Part shown: positions 7,486-15,975 of the stretch, in pieces | How positions within the stretch are numbered: position 1 is the stretch's first letter | Layout of the letters: every line of letters starts with the position of its first letter | Assembly (NCBI RefSeq): GCF_000007225.1 | Contig: NC_003364.1 | Location: 1,560,001 to 1,592,000 of the forward strand | Origin: Pyrobaculum aerophilum str. IM2 | Lineage (GTDB): Archaea > Thermoproteota > Thermoprotei > Thermoproteales > Thermoproteaceae | Direction of reading: 5' to 3' | DNA length: 32,000 bases | Position numbers and translations under genes: made by a program | The notes under the pieces: generated by a model | Told to the model about the DNA's origin: nothing | What the model saw: the letters and a program-made list of their open reading frames with translations, nothing else | Database searches by the model: none

Positions 7486-8733
7486 ATGCCGTTGCCCAAG
7501 TTTTTAAAAGAGCCGTGGAGGCCCGAGGTCGCGGGGGCTCTCATCGGACTAGTCGCCGTGTTGCAAATAATTGTCGTGAGGAGCCCGTGGTATATCACCG
7601 GCCCTGAGAATCAATTCGGAGGGTGGCTCTTCTACGTCCTCACAGGCGGATTATTAAATACAAAAGAGTGGGCATATTTTAATCCTAACTCCCCCATGTT
7701 CGTCGCGCCGGCCGCCGCGCCTTGGGAGCCGGCTAATAAGGAGTTTATGATCGTATGGGGGTTTATGCTAGGTGCCATGATCGCAAAGGCCATAGAGGGC
7801 AACTGGCGCCTTAGATGGCCTGCTAATAGGATGGTGGTATTACTGTCAATCATTGGCGGCCTTATGTTAGGCTTCGGCGCCAGGCTGGCGTTGGGATGTA
7901 ACGTGGGGAATTTCGTCGCCACTATTCAGTCCCTGGTCTTCTCGGGCTTTGTCTTCTTCCTGGGGATGGCCGTGGGTACTTTCATCTCTACGCGGCTTAT
8001 TGAAGATTTCTTAATGGAGAAAATGCACAAGTCCAAGCCTATTAGAATTGAATTGGGTTCTAATGTAGACAACCGTAAAGTATTGGCCTTCGCCCTAGCC
8101 GCAACCCTATTAACTACCCTGTATTGGTGGGGCCTTGGGATTTGGGCCGCTATCGCCTTCCTTTATCTGGGAATAGCATATGGCTTCTTCGGCTCTAAAG
8201 GCAATGTTTGCTTCACCTCTATGTTGAGAGACGGCTTTTGGTCGAGGCTAGCCCCCTACGGCGGAAACGCCAGGGCCATAGCCATAGCATTGGCCATTAT
8301 GATAACCGGAAACCTCGTGTTAAAATACGGCTTTGGGTGGCAGTACAGAGAGTTCTTATTCCCAGTGGGTGTTCACACTTTCCTCGGAGGCGTCCTCTTC
8401 GGCATAGGTATGGTTTTGGTGGCTGGCTGTAGCTTTAGTAGCGCTTATAGAAGCGGCGAGGGTAGCATACCGCATTTAATAGCGTGGTTTGGAATGGTGG
8501 CAGGCATGACAATATTATCTTACGTCTGGCCCTTCTTTTTCACTACGTCAATTTACTTATCTCCAGTGTTGCACTTTTACGACTTCTTTGGCGGAAATGT
8601 CGCCGCAGGCGCCGCCGCGGCTTATTCAGTGGCGTTATTCATCGCGCTTGTGGGGAGTTGGAGAGACGGCACATTACAGCGCTTAGTGCAAATACCTCCC
8701 TTAAAAATATTGGCGCCACGGCTCCATGTATAA
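7486..8733 (+). CDS. yeeE: YeeE/YedE-family sulfur (thiosulfate) transport membrane protein
   Basis: Polytopic membrane protein with Cys-containing motifs RLALGCNVGNF, GNVCFTSMLRDG and LVAGCSFSSAYRSGEG, as in the two-repeat YeeE/YedE architecture. The start is set at the ATG at 7486, 1 nt after the DsrE-like stop; the ORF-track start at 7471 is a TTG. Confidence 0.8.
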   Translation: MPLPKFLKEPWRPEVAGALIGLVAVLQIIVVRSPWYITGPENQFGGWLFYVLTGGLLNTKEWAYFNPNSPMFVAPAAAPWEPANKEFMIVWGFMLGAMIAKAIEGNWRLRWPANRMVVLLSIIGGLMLGFGARLALGCNVGNFVATIQSLVFSGFVFFLGMAVGTFISTRLIEDFLMEKMHKSKPIRIELGSNVDNRKVLAFALAATLLTTLYWWGLGIWAAIAFLYLGIAYGFFGSKGNVCFTSMLRDGFWSRLAPYGGNARAIAIALAIMITGNLVLKYGFGWQYREFLFPVGVHTFLGGVLFGIGMVLVAGCSFSSAYRSGEGSIPHLIAWFGMVAGMTILSYVWPFFFTTSIYLSPVLHFYDFFGGNVAAGAAAAYSVALFIALVGSWRDGTLQRLVQIPPLKILAPRLHV

Positions 8734-9904
8734 AAAACTTCTTTTTTCTTTAATTCCGCTGCTCCTCCTTCTTCTTTTTTTAATCCCAAGCCCCCAGCCG
8801 CCGAGTGAAGATACGTTTATAGTAGTGGGCGGGGGCCCGCCCTCAATTGCCCTATACGTAAACGGAGTTTATGTGGGCGGCGCCGCTCTAAACGACGTGT
8901 GGCCTAACTATACAATGTACGACGCGTTTCTCTGGGGAGATAAGCTAGTAGTCACCATAGCTGAAGTGAGTAAATGGGTGTACGTCTTCCACCTCCCCGA
9001 TTTCTCAAGGCCTGCTGTTGTGTTGAGAGCGCCGGGCAACGTGAGCCACTTCCTTTACTATACCCCGGAGGTGGCGCCGCTGAACGGATCTATCCTTTGG
9101 CTTGCAGTTTTTAACACAACTGAAAAACGGGGCTATATCTGCGCTTTAGATTTAGTGAATGAAGTCATTCAAAACTGCGTGCCCGTGGGGATTTACCCGC
9201 ACGCCCCCATTAAGCTGGGCTCTTCGGTAATTACTCCGCTTATAAGAGAGCCGTATTTAGTGTTTAAAGAGGGGGGGCGGATAGAGAGAAGGCTTGTCTC
9301 GAAGAGCTGGCCGCCGTATGTAAACGCCCACGATCCGCTTAGATATACATATTTCTCTTTCCACATGATTACCACAGACGGGCGTTATATATACGGCGAA
9401 GGCCACGCCATAGAGCCTGGGTATTTGCTATCGCCTATAACTGTCCACGCCCACTCGTATATAATTTCCATGACCCCCTCAGGGGAGGTTATTGCTTATT
9501 ATCCAACCTCAGCGCTTCCGCCTGGGCTACCGGGGCTGGCTGTGTGTAGGGGAAAGCTCTTTGCCACATCTCCCCTGGAGGGTGTGGTCTACGTCTTGTC
9601 CACGCCGGAATTAAAGCCTTTGTCTCTTTTAAAAGTCGGCAAAGTGCCATGGGGAGTCTTCGCAAATAGGGATTGTAGCAGAGTGTATGTTACTGACATC
9701 ATAGGCGGGTTTGTTTATGTAATAGACGTCGAAAGTCTATCTATAGTTAGGCGTGTAGAAACTCCAATGACGTGGCCCCACACAGTTATATTTATCGACA
9801 ACGCGGCCGCGGAGAGGCTAAAGACCGCCGTCTCTAAGAGATTCGCCTATAACTTTACTGTCTTTCCGCCTATACTCTCATGCGGAGATCTGCCGCCGAG
9901 CTGA
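8726..9904 (+). CDS. secreted YVTN-type beta-propeller repeat protein, His-rich
   Basis: Signal-like N-terminus MYKKLLFSLIPLLLLLLFLIPSP. A canonical YVTN-type repeat: VGKVPWGVFANRDCSRVYVTDIIGGFVYVIDVESLSIVRRV. Several N-x-S/T sequons and nine His residues, including VHAHS. Overlaps the yeeE stop by 8 nt. Confidence 0.7.
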   Translation: MYKKLLFSLIPLLLLLLFLIPSPQPPSEDTFIVVGGGPPSIALYVNGVYVGGAALNDVWPNYTMYDAFLWGDKLVVTIAEVSKWVYVFHLPDFSRPAVVLRAPGNVSHFLYYTPEVAPLNGSILWLAVFNTTEKRGYICALDLVNEVIQNCVPVGIYPHAPIKLGSSVITPLIREPYLVFKEGGRIERRLVSKSWPPYVNAHDPLRYTYFSFHMITTDGRYIYGEGHAIEPGYLLSPITVHAHSYIISMTPSGEVIAYYPTSALPPGLPGLAVCRGKLFATSPLEGVVYVLSTPELKPLSLLKVGKVPWGVFANRDCSRVYVTDIIGGFVYVIDVESLSIVRRVETPMTWPHTVIFIDNAAAERLKTAVSKRFAYNFTVFPPILSCGDLPPS

Positions 9905-10506
9905 AATACATACTCCTAATTACTGCCGTCTTTGCCGCTTTGTTGCTATTCCCTGTCTATTCCTCTCTATTTGTAAACAACAGCAGTGCGGCTGGAGGCT
10001 TGGGGCAAGCGTCGCGGATAACAGTGGAGTGTTACGAGCCGGGGGCGGAACCCACAGCGCAGGATTTTATACTGGTGAACCAGTTTAACAAGACAGTGGC
10101 TCTAAGCCAGTTGTGGGAGACGCCTACACTTTTAATTTTCGCCTATACCTATTGCCCTGACGTGTGTCCTATTATAAACCTTGTTTTAAACGCCACTAGG
10201 CCGAAGTTGCCCGGGGTGATAATCGCCGAAATTACCTTAGATCCCGAGAGGGATACTCCCCAGCGACTATACGCCTACAGCGTTGGGAATAAATACAACT
10301 GGACTTTCCTCACAGGCCCCCGTGAGGTGTTAGAAAAAGTGTGGCGTAGCTACGGCGTTATAATAGAGCGCCGTGGAGACTATATAGCCCATAATGTTTT
10401 GTTTATAGTGATACACAAGGGGAATATTTTGGGAGTAATTAAGGGGTTGCCGCCGCCAGAGGATTTGGCTAAAAACGTCGAGAGGATACTTAGGAGATGC
10501 CGATAG
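9880..10506 (+). CDS. SCO1/SenC-family thioredoxin-fold copper chaperone/thiol-disulfide protein, membrane anchored
   Basis: N-terminal TM helix ILLITAVFAALLLFPVY; signature FAYTYCPDVCP (CxxxC); a downstream His in DYIAHNVLFIV, as in SCO proteins. Overlaps the upstream gene by 25 nt. Confidence 0.8.
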   Translation: MRRSAAELKYILLITAVFAALLLFPVYSSLFVNNSSAAGGLGQASRITVECYEPGAEPTAQDFILVNQFNKTVALSQLWETPTLLIFAYTYCPDVCPIINLVLNATRPKLPGVIIAEITLDPERDTPQRLYAYSVGNKYNWTFLTGPREVLEKVWRSYGVIIERRGDYIAHNVLFIVIHKGNILGVIKGLPPPEDLAKNVERILRRCR

Positions 10507-10576
10507 AGTTATAAACGGCCTTGTTGCCAGACGTCACTCCACTGCCGGCCATTATGGGATAATGAAAATTTTTCAC

Positions 10577-10590
10577 GTATATACATAAAA
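10577..10590 (+). promoter_or_regulatory. TATA-like box (gtatatacataaaa) about 27 nt upstream of the ATG at 10611
   Basis: Position and composition only. Confidence 0.4.
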
Positions 10591-10610
10591 AGTGGTAATA
10601 ATTCTTATAT

Positions 10611-11180
10611 ATGCTCAGGCTGACTCCAACTGCCAAACTTGTGATTAATTACATGGCGATTAGGCATTTAGTAGACGGCGCTACGTATGTGACGTTTAAA
10701 GAGCTTGTGGAGAGGCTGGGCATTTCCGAGAGGAGGCTAAGGGCTTTAATGCAAGAGCTCCGGCAGGCTGGCCTTGTGGAGGCTTATATAAATCCCTCTA
10801 GGGGCAGGGCGCTCTTATACCGGTTGGCGTTTAACAATTTTAATTTCGACTCGCCTATTGTAGAGCCCGGGCTCTACTACATAGACCTCCCCCCAAATGC
10901 CAAAATCCCCGGCGACTTAACGCTGAGGACTTTTTCAATAATAAGGGCGTCTAAGCTCCTGCTCTACACCCCCGTTTTTGCCAATAGAAAGAGCTTATTC
11001 ACCCTCACGAAATGTACGTGTACTATAAAGCCCTACAGCGAGGAGGCCTTGGCTGAGGCGCGCGCCGTGGCTGATTCCCAAGGCGTGGCCACTGTGGTTT
11101 TTAGCTCAGAAGTAGATCGCGTGGAGATAAACGGCGCGAATTTAATTTCTTCTGCCGGCGTCAAGATCTACAAGGCGTAA
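10611..11180 (+). CDS. winged-helix DNA-binding protein fused to a tetrapyrrole-methylase/RsmI-like N-terminal subdomain (paralog 1)
   Basis: 189 aa. The N-terminal segment TFKELVERLGISERRLRALMQELRQAGLVE is wHTH-like. The C-terminal part, EPGLYYIDLPPNAKIPGDLTLRTFSIIRASKLLLY...KCTCTIKPYSEE, resembles the LYxVxTPIGNxxDITLRAL start of the RsmI/TP-methylase fold. About half the positions are identical by eye to the ORF at 18568..19128. Confidence 0.6.
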   Translation: MLRLTPTAKLVINYMAIRHLVDGATYVTFKELVERLGISERRLRALMQELRQAGLVEAYINPSRGRALLYRLAFNNFNFDSPIVEPGLYYIDLPPNAKIPGDLTLRTFSIIRASKLLLYTPVFANRKSLFTLTKCTCTIKPYSEEALAEARAVADSQGVATVVFSSEVDRVEINGANLISSAGVKIYKA

Positions 11181-11184
11181 AGGG

Positions 11185-11745
11185 CTAGAGGAAGTCCACT
11201 ATTACGTTATTAGCCGCGTGGTAGAGAAAACAGCTCCATGTGGATTTAGTATATAGGAAGAGGCCGCCCGCAATTAAGGCCCAGAAGAAAATATAGACGG
11301 AGAGCGCCGGGCAGAACCGTAAGTGTATAGCCGCGAAGGCGGCTGAGGTAATCAGCAAAGCCCCCGCAGTCCCCACTGCTTTATTTAGCCTGGGCATGGA
11401 GTATCCTCTGAAAAAGCCCTCTTCAAAAAAGGCGGCTCCCAAGGCCCATATGGCCACGGGAACTGCGTTTAGCCCCGATGTGGAATATCCCCATTTCGGC
11501 CACGACATGCCCAGGGCTGACAGCATTAAGTTTATAGGCCACCACAACATAAAGGCGGCGCCTAGAGCCGCAAACGCGTATAGAATTTCCCTGCGCCCCA
11601 GGCCGCCTGTGTAAATACTCCGGAAAGCCCCACTCCAAGTGCCGTACCCCTCAGCCCGGGTTATTGCCAAGAGAAGGACAAAGCCTATTACCTGCGCCGT
11701 TGTGTACAAGAGGGCGTACCAGGGGTTGTCCGGCGGCGGCTGCAT
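11185..11745 (-). CDS. CPBP-family (CAAX/Abi-like) intramembrane glutamic endopeptidase
   Basis: Motifs FFEEGFFRGY (EExxxR), FAAIH and YHAANN within a multi-TM protein. Confidence 0.75.
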   Translation of the reverse strand: MQPPPDNPWYALLYTTAQVIGFVLLLAITRAEGYGTWSGAFRSIYTGGLGRREILYAFAALGAAFMLWWPINLMLSALGMSWPKWGYSTSGLNAVPVAIWALGAAFFEEGFFRGYSMPRLNKAVGTAGALLITSAAFAAIHLRFCPALSVYIFFWALIAGGLFLYTKSTWSCFLYHAANNVIVDFL

Positions 11746-11840
11746 AAAGGGCCAGGGCCAGCAGGTAGTATCCCCCCAATGCCACTGTCAATCCGATCAT
11801 GTAAGTTATTTGATTAATAAATTTACACATCGTTATATTT

Positions 11841-12713
11841 ATGATTCCGTCTTGGGTTTCCCTAAGGGCCGGAGATTATGAAAAAATAATTAACGTGAGG
11901 AGGGCGTTAAGCAGACACGGGATTTATACAGTGTGCGAGGGGGCTAAGTGCCCCAATATTTTCCACTGCTGGGGCGAGGGGACGGCCACCTTCATGATTC
12001 TAGGGGAGGTCTGCACAAGGGCGTGTAGATTCTGCGCCGTGCGCACTGGTAATCCGAGGGGGTATGTGGACTGGGGCGAGGTGGATAGGCTTGTTGAGGC
12101 TGTTAGAGAGCTCGGGCTTAAATACGTCGTGGTGACCTCAGTGGCTAGAGACGACCTCCCCGACGGAGGGGCCTCGGTATTTGCGGCAGTTGTGAAAAAA
12201 CTACGCGAGGTGGGTTGCGTCGTGGAGGTTTTAGTGCCCGACTTCGGCGGAAGTCCGGCCTCGGTAAAAACTGTGGTTAGCTCGGGCCCAGATGTGTTCG
12301 CCCACAACGTGGAAACAGTGAGACGGCTTACGCCGCTAGTTAGAGACCGCAGGGCGGGTTATGAGCGTTCGCTATCTGTGTTGAAATACGCAAAAGAATT
12401 CGGCGCACCCCTCACTAAATCAGGCTTGATGTTAGGGCTTGGGGAGACGTTTGAGGAGGTGGTGGAGACTTTAGAGGATTTGAGGAGGGCTGATGTGGAC
12501 ATTGTGACTATAGGCCAGTATATAAAACCCAGCGGCTCGCCTCGTCATTTAAACCCCGTTAGGTACGCGACTCCCGAAGAGTTCGCCAAAATTAAAGAGG
12601 TGGCCGTGTCCCTGGGCTTTAAGGCCGTTGCCTCAGGCCCTTTAGTGCGTAGCTCATATAAGGCTTACAGTCTATATAGAGAAGCTTTAAAAAATATAGT
12701 ATACTTAGGTTAA
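11841..12713 (+). CDS. lipA: lipoyl synthase
   Basis: N-terminal auxiliary-cluster motif CEGAKCPNIFHC (Cx4Cx5C), radical-SAM motif CTRACRFC (CxxxCxxC), and the C-terminal RSSY motif (VRSSYKA). Confidence 0.9.
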   Translation: MIPSWVSLRAGDYEKIINVRRALSRHGIYTVCEGAKCPNIFHCWGEGTATFMILGEVCTRACRFCAVRTGNPRGYVDWGEVDRLVEAVRELGLKYVVVTSVARDDLPDGGASVFAAVVKKLREVGCVVEVLVPDFGGSPASVKTVVSSGPDVFAHNVETVRRLTPLVRDRRAGYERSLSVLKYAKEFGAPLTKSGLMLGLGETFEEVVETLEDLRRADVDIVTIGQYIKPSGSPRHLNPVRYATPEEFAKIKEVAVSLGFKAVASGPLVRSSYKAYSLYREALKNIVYLG

Positions 12714-12726
12714 CTTTTATATATTA
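12714..12726 (+). promoter_or_regulatory. TATA-like box (cttttatatatta) about 24 nt upstream of the E1-alpha ATG at 12744
   Basis: It lies in the 30-nt lipA-E1alpha spacer. It suggests the dehydrogenase genes can be transcribed independently of lipA. Confidence 0.45.
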
Positions 12727-12743
12727 TTTTCGAATTTACTACC

Positions 12744-13862
12744 ATGTTAGAAATAAGTTTAGAAATTCCTACACAATTTAAAACAGAGGTTAAAGAGCCT
12801 CAAGTCTTTAGAGTGCTGGGCCAAGACGGCTCTCCGCTGGAGACGTATGAAGTGGGCTATAAGCCCAGCGAGGGGGAGTTGGCCAAGGCGTATAGGTGGA
12901 TGGTATTGGGGAGGGTGTTGGACAGATACGCCTTGATGTATCACAGAATGGGCAAGGTGAAATCCACCTACGGCCCCCACGAGGGCCACGAGGCCGCAGA
13001 CGCGGGCACTGCCCTGGCGCTGAGGCCTGAGGACTGGGTGGCGCCTTATTACAGAAATTTAACTCTGCTCATAGCCAGGGGCGTCCCGTTGGAGGTTATA
13101 TGGGCTAAGTTCTTCGCCAAGTTGGGGGATCCGGACAAGGGAAGGAATTTAACAATTGAGTGGGGCGGGTTTAAACAGTGGAGGATTTTATCCATCGGCG
13201 CGCCCATTGGCCACCAGTATATATACGCAGCTGGCTTCGCCTACGCCTTAAAGTATTTAAAGAAAAAAGAGGTGGTGGCCGCCTATATAGGAGACGGCGG
13301 GACTTCCACAAACGGCTTCCACACAGGCTTGAACTTCGCAGGAGTGTTTAAAGTTCCCGCGGCCTTTTTCATTTACAACAACCAGTACGCCATATCTGTC
13401 CCAGTCTCTATACAAACCGCCGTCTCTAGGCTGTCCACTAAAGCCGCGGCGTACGGCCTGGTGGGGGTTTCCGCAGACGGCATGGATTTGCTGGCGGTGG
13501 TGAAGACGGCAATGTGGGCGGTGGAGAAGGCCAGGAGGGGGGAGCCTACGTTAGTGGAATACGTCATGTATAGATTCGGCCCCCACACCACAGCGGATGA
13601 TCCCTTGACTAAGTACAGAGATCCCAAAGAGGTAGAGGAGTACAGGAGGTGGGACCCCCTGGCTAGGCTTGAGAAATTTTTAATCCGCCAGGGGATTTAC
13701 AGCGAGGGCGACGTGAAGACAATTTGGGAGGAGGCCGAGAGGGAGGTTAAAGAGGCGGCAAAAGAGGCCGAGGCCCTGCCCGATGTGCCCGCGGAGGAGC
13801 TTATAAACGATGTATATAGCTTTGTGCCCAAGTCGCTGAGGGAGTGGCTGGAGTGGTTATGA
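12744..13862 (+). CDS. 2-oxoacid dehydrogenase E1 component, alpha subunit (ThDP-dependent)
   Basis: ThDP-binding motif [36 protein letters not shown] (GDG...NN). Size and gene order are typical of E1alpha. Confidence 0.9.
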   Translation: MLEISLEIPTQFKTEVKEPQVFRVLGQDGSPLETYEVGYKPSEGELAKAYRWMVLGRVLDRYALMYHRMGKVKSTYGPHEGHEAADAGTALALRPEDWVAPYYRNLTLLIARGVPLEVIWAKFFAKLGDPDKGRNLTIEWGGFKQWRILSIGAPIGHQYIYAAGFAYALKYLKKKEVVAAYIGDGGTSTNGFHTGLNFAGVFKVPAAFFIYNNQYAISVPVSIQTAVSRLSTKAAAYGLVGVSADGMDLLAVVKTAMWAVEKARRGEPTLVEYVMYRFGPHTTADDPLTKYRDPKEVEEYRRWDPLARLEKFLIRQGIYSEGDVKTIWEEAEREVKEAAKEAEALPDVPAEELINDVYSFVPKSLREWLEWL

Positions 13863-14824
13863 TGGCCAATATGGCAAAGGCCATTAACATGGCGCTTCAC
13901 GAAGAAATGGAGAGAGATGAAAGAGTAGTGGTGCTGGGAGAAGACGTGGGGAAAAAGGGAGGGGTTTTCCTCGTGACTGAAGGGCTTTATGAGAGGTTCG
14001 GCCCGGAGAGAGTTATAGACACGCCGTTAAACGAAGGGGGGATTTTAGGGTTCGCCATGGGAATGGCCATGGCGGGGCTGAAGCCCGTGGCCGAGATACA
14101 ATTCGTCGACTTCATCTGGCTAGGCGCTGATGAGCTTTTAAACCACATAGCCAAACTGAGGTATAGGTCCGGGGGGAATTACAAGGCCCCCCTCGTCGTG
14201 AGGACTCCCGTCGGCTCGGGCACAAGAGGCGGGCTTTACCACAGCCAATCCCCAGAGGCCATCTTCGTCCATACGCCGGGCCTAGTTGTGGTCATGCCCT
14301 CGACGCCGTATAACGCCAAGGGCTTATTAAAAGCCGCCATTAGGGGGGATGACCCCGTGGTATTCCTCGAGCCCAAAATACTATACAGAGCCCCCAGGGA
14401 GGAGGTGCCCGAGGGGGACTACGTAGTGGAGATAGGCAAGGCTAGAGTGGCCAGGGAGGGCGACGACGTCACTTTAGTGACCTACGGCGCCGTGGTACAT
14501 AAAGCGCTGGAGGCGGCCGAGAGGGTAAAGGCGTCGGTAGAGGTTGTGGACTTACAGACTCTCAACCCCCTTGATTTTGACACTGTGTTAAAAAGCGTTT
14601 CTAAAACCGGCAGGCTTATTATAGCACACGACTCGCCGAAAACGGGAGGGCTCGGCGCAGAGGTGGCGGCGCTAGTAGCAGAGAAGGCGCTAGATAGACT
14701 GACGGCGCCTGTAATTAGGCTTGCGGGCCCTGACGTCCCCCAGAGCCCAATTGCCCACGACGCGGCCTACGCCCCCACGGTGGAGAGAATAATAAAGGCC
14801 ATAGAATACGTGATGAGGTACTAA
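13859..14824 (+). CDS. 2-oxoacid dehydrogenase E1 component, beta subunit
   Basis: The N-terminus [31 protein letters not shown] is typical of E1beta. The ATG at 13859 forms an ATGA overlap with the E1alpha stop; the ORF-track start at 13844 is a GTG. Confidence 0.9.
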   Translation: MMANMAKAINMALHEEMERDERVVVLGEDVGKKGGVFLVTEGLYERFGPERVIDTPLNEGGILGFAMGMAMAGLKPVAEIQFVDFIWLGADELLNHIAKLRYRSGGNYKAPLVVRTPVGSGTRGGLYHSQSPEAIFVHTPGLVVVMPSTPYNAKGLLKAAIRGDDPVVFLEPKILYRAPREEVPEGDYVVEIGKARVAREGDDVTLVTYGAVVHKALEAAERVKASVEVVDLQTLNPLDFDTVLKSVSKTGRLIIAHDSPKTGGLGAEVAALVAEKALDRLTAPVIRLAGPDVPQSPIAHDAAYAPTVERIIKAIEYVMRY

Positions 14825-15975
14825 TGGAGTTTAAATTCCCAGATCTGGGGGAGGGGCTTGTAGAGGGCGAGGTAATTAAATGGCATGTAAAAGAGGGTGA
14901 CTTCGTCAAGGAGGGCGACCCTCTAGTGGACGTGATGACGGAGAAGGCCACAGTCACTCTGCCCGCCCCCACAACGGGCAGGGTGGTGAAAATCCTCGTG
15001 AGGGAGGGAGAGGTGGTAAAAGTGGGCCAGACGTTATGTGTCATCGAGCCGGCCGAGGGGCCAGCGGCCGGCCCCCAGACAGAGGCGCCGGCGCGCCCGC
15101 GCGAGGTGGCGGCCATGCCAGCCGCCAGAAGGCTGGCCAAAGAGCTGGGGATAGATCTCTCTAAGGTTAAAGGCACAGGCCCAGGCGGCGTTATTACTGT
15201 AGAAGACGTGAAAAGATATGCGGAGGAGACAGCCAAGGCCACCGCGCCGGCCCCTGCGCCTAAAGCAGTGGAAAAGGCGGAAGAGGCCGAGGTTGTGCCA
15301 GTGAGGGGGATTAGGAGGGCAGTTGCCGAGAAGATGTCTAAGGCGAAGAGGCTAATTCCCCACGCCTATCACTTAGAGGAGGTGGATTTCACAGAGTTAA
15401 TAAAACTAAGGGAGAGAGTCAAGGCAGAGGCCGAGAAGAGGGGGATTAGGCTCACTCTGTTGCCGTTTATAGCAAAGGCCGTGGCCATGGCCTTGAGGGA
15501 ATACCCCATGTTAAACTCTGAATACGACGAGGAGAAAAACGCCATTGTGGTGAAAAAAGAGGTGAATTTGGGAATAGGAGTTGACACAGAGCAGGGGCTG
15601 GTTGTAGTGGTGGTTAAAAACGCGGATAAAAAGGGGTTGTTGGAAATGGCGAAGGAGATAAACGAGCTGGCACAGAAGGCCAGGGAGGGGAAGCTGGAGC
15701 TTCAAGATGTGAGGGGATCCACCTTTACTATTAGCAACATCGGCGCCGTGGGAGGACTAGGCGGCCTCTCCATTTTGAACTACCCAGAGGCGGGGATACT
15801 GGCGGTGGGACAGGCCAGGAAAAAGCCGTGGGCTGTGGGCGATAGAATTGAGATAAGGGACATAGCCCTTCTCGCTGTGAGTTTTGACCACAGAGTTGTA
15901 GACGGCGCGTATGTGGCGCGTTTTATGAACAGAGTTAAAGAGCTTTTGGAAAACCCCTGGCTTTTGTTGTTATGA
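14824..15975 (+). CDS. dihydrolipoamide acyltransferase (E2)
   Basis: Lipoyl domain with the lipoyl-Lys context DVMTEKATVTLPAP; an Ala/Pro linker; E3-binding domain AMPAARRLAKELGIDLSKVKGTGPGGVITVEDV; catalytic motif SFDHRVVDGA. TAATG overlap with E1beta. Confidence 0.9.
   Translation: MEFKFPDLGEGLVEGEVIKWHVKEGDFVKEGDPLVDVMTEKATVTLPAPTTGRVVKILVREGEVVKVGQTLCVIEPAEGPAAGPQTEAPARPREVAAMPAARRLAKELGIDLSKVKGTGPGGVITVEDVKRYAEETAKATAPAPAPKAVEKAEEAEVVPVRGIRRAVAEKMSKAKRLIPHAYHLEEVDFTELIKLRERVKAEAEKRGIRLTLLPFIAKAVAMALREYPMLNSEYDEEKNAIVVKKEVNLGIGVDTEQGLVVVVVKNADKKGLLEMAKEINELAQKAREGKLELQDVRGSTFTISNIGAVGGLGGLSILNYPEAGILAVGQARKKPWAVGDRIEIRDIALLAVSFDHRVVDGAYVARFMNRVKELLENPWLLLL

Noticed and set aside
14810-14816. 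GUGAUGA C-box-like heptamer at the E1beta/E2 junction
   Set aside because: No CUGA D box occurs within the following roughly 70 nt, and the heptamer is explained by the coding sequence (..V M R Y stop).
14715-15242. 175-aa minus-strand ORF antisense to E1beta/E2, plus similar antisense ORFs at 967..1898, 11924..12307, 16202..17259 and 28965..29438
   Set aside because: All overlap genes with strong family motifs on the other strand. They have Ser/Pro/Ala/Thr-rich compositions and no motifs or promoter context.
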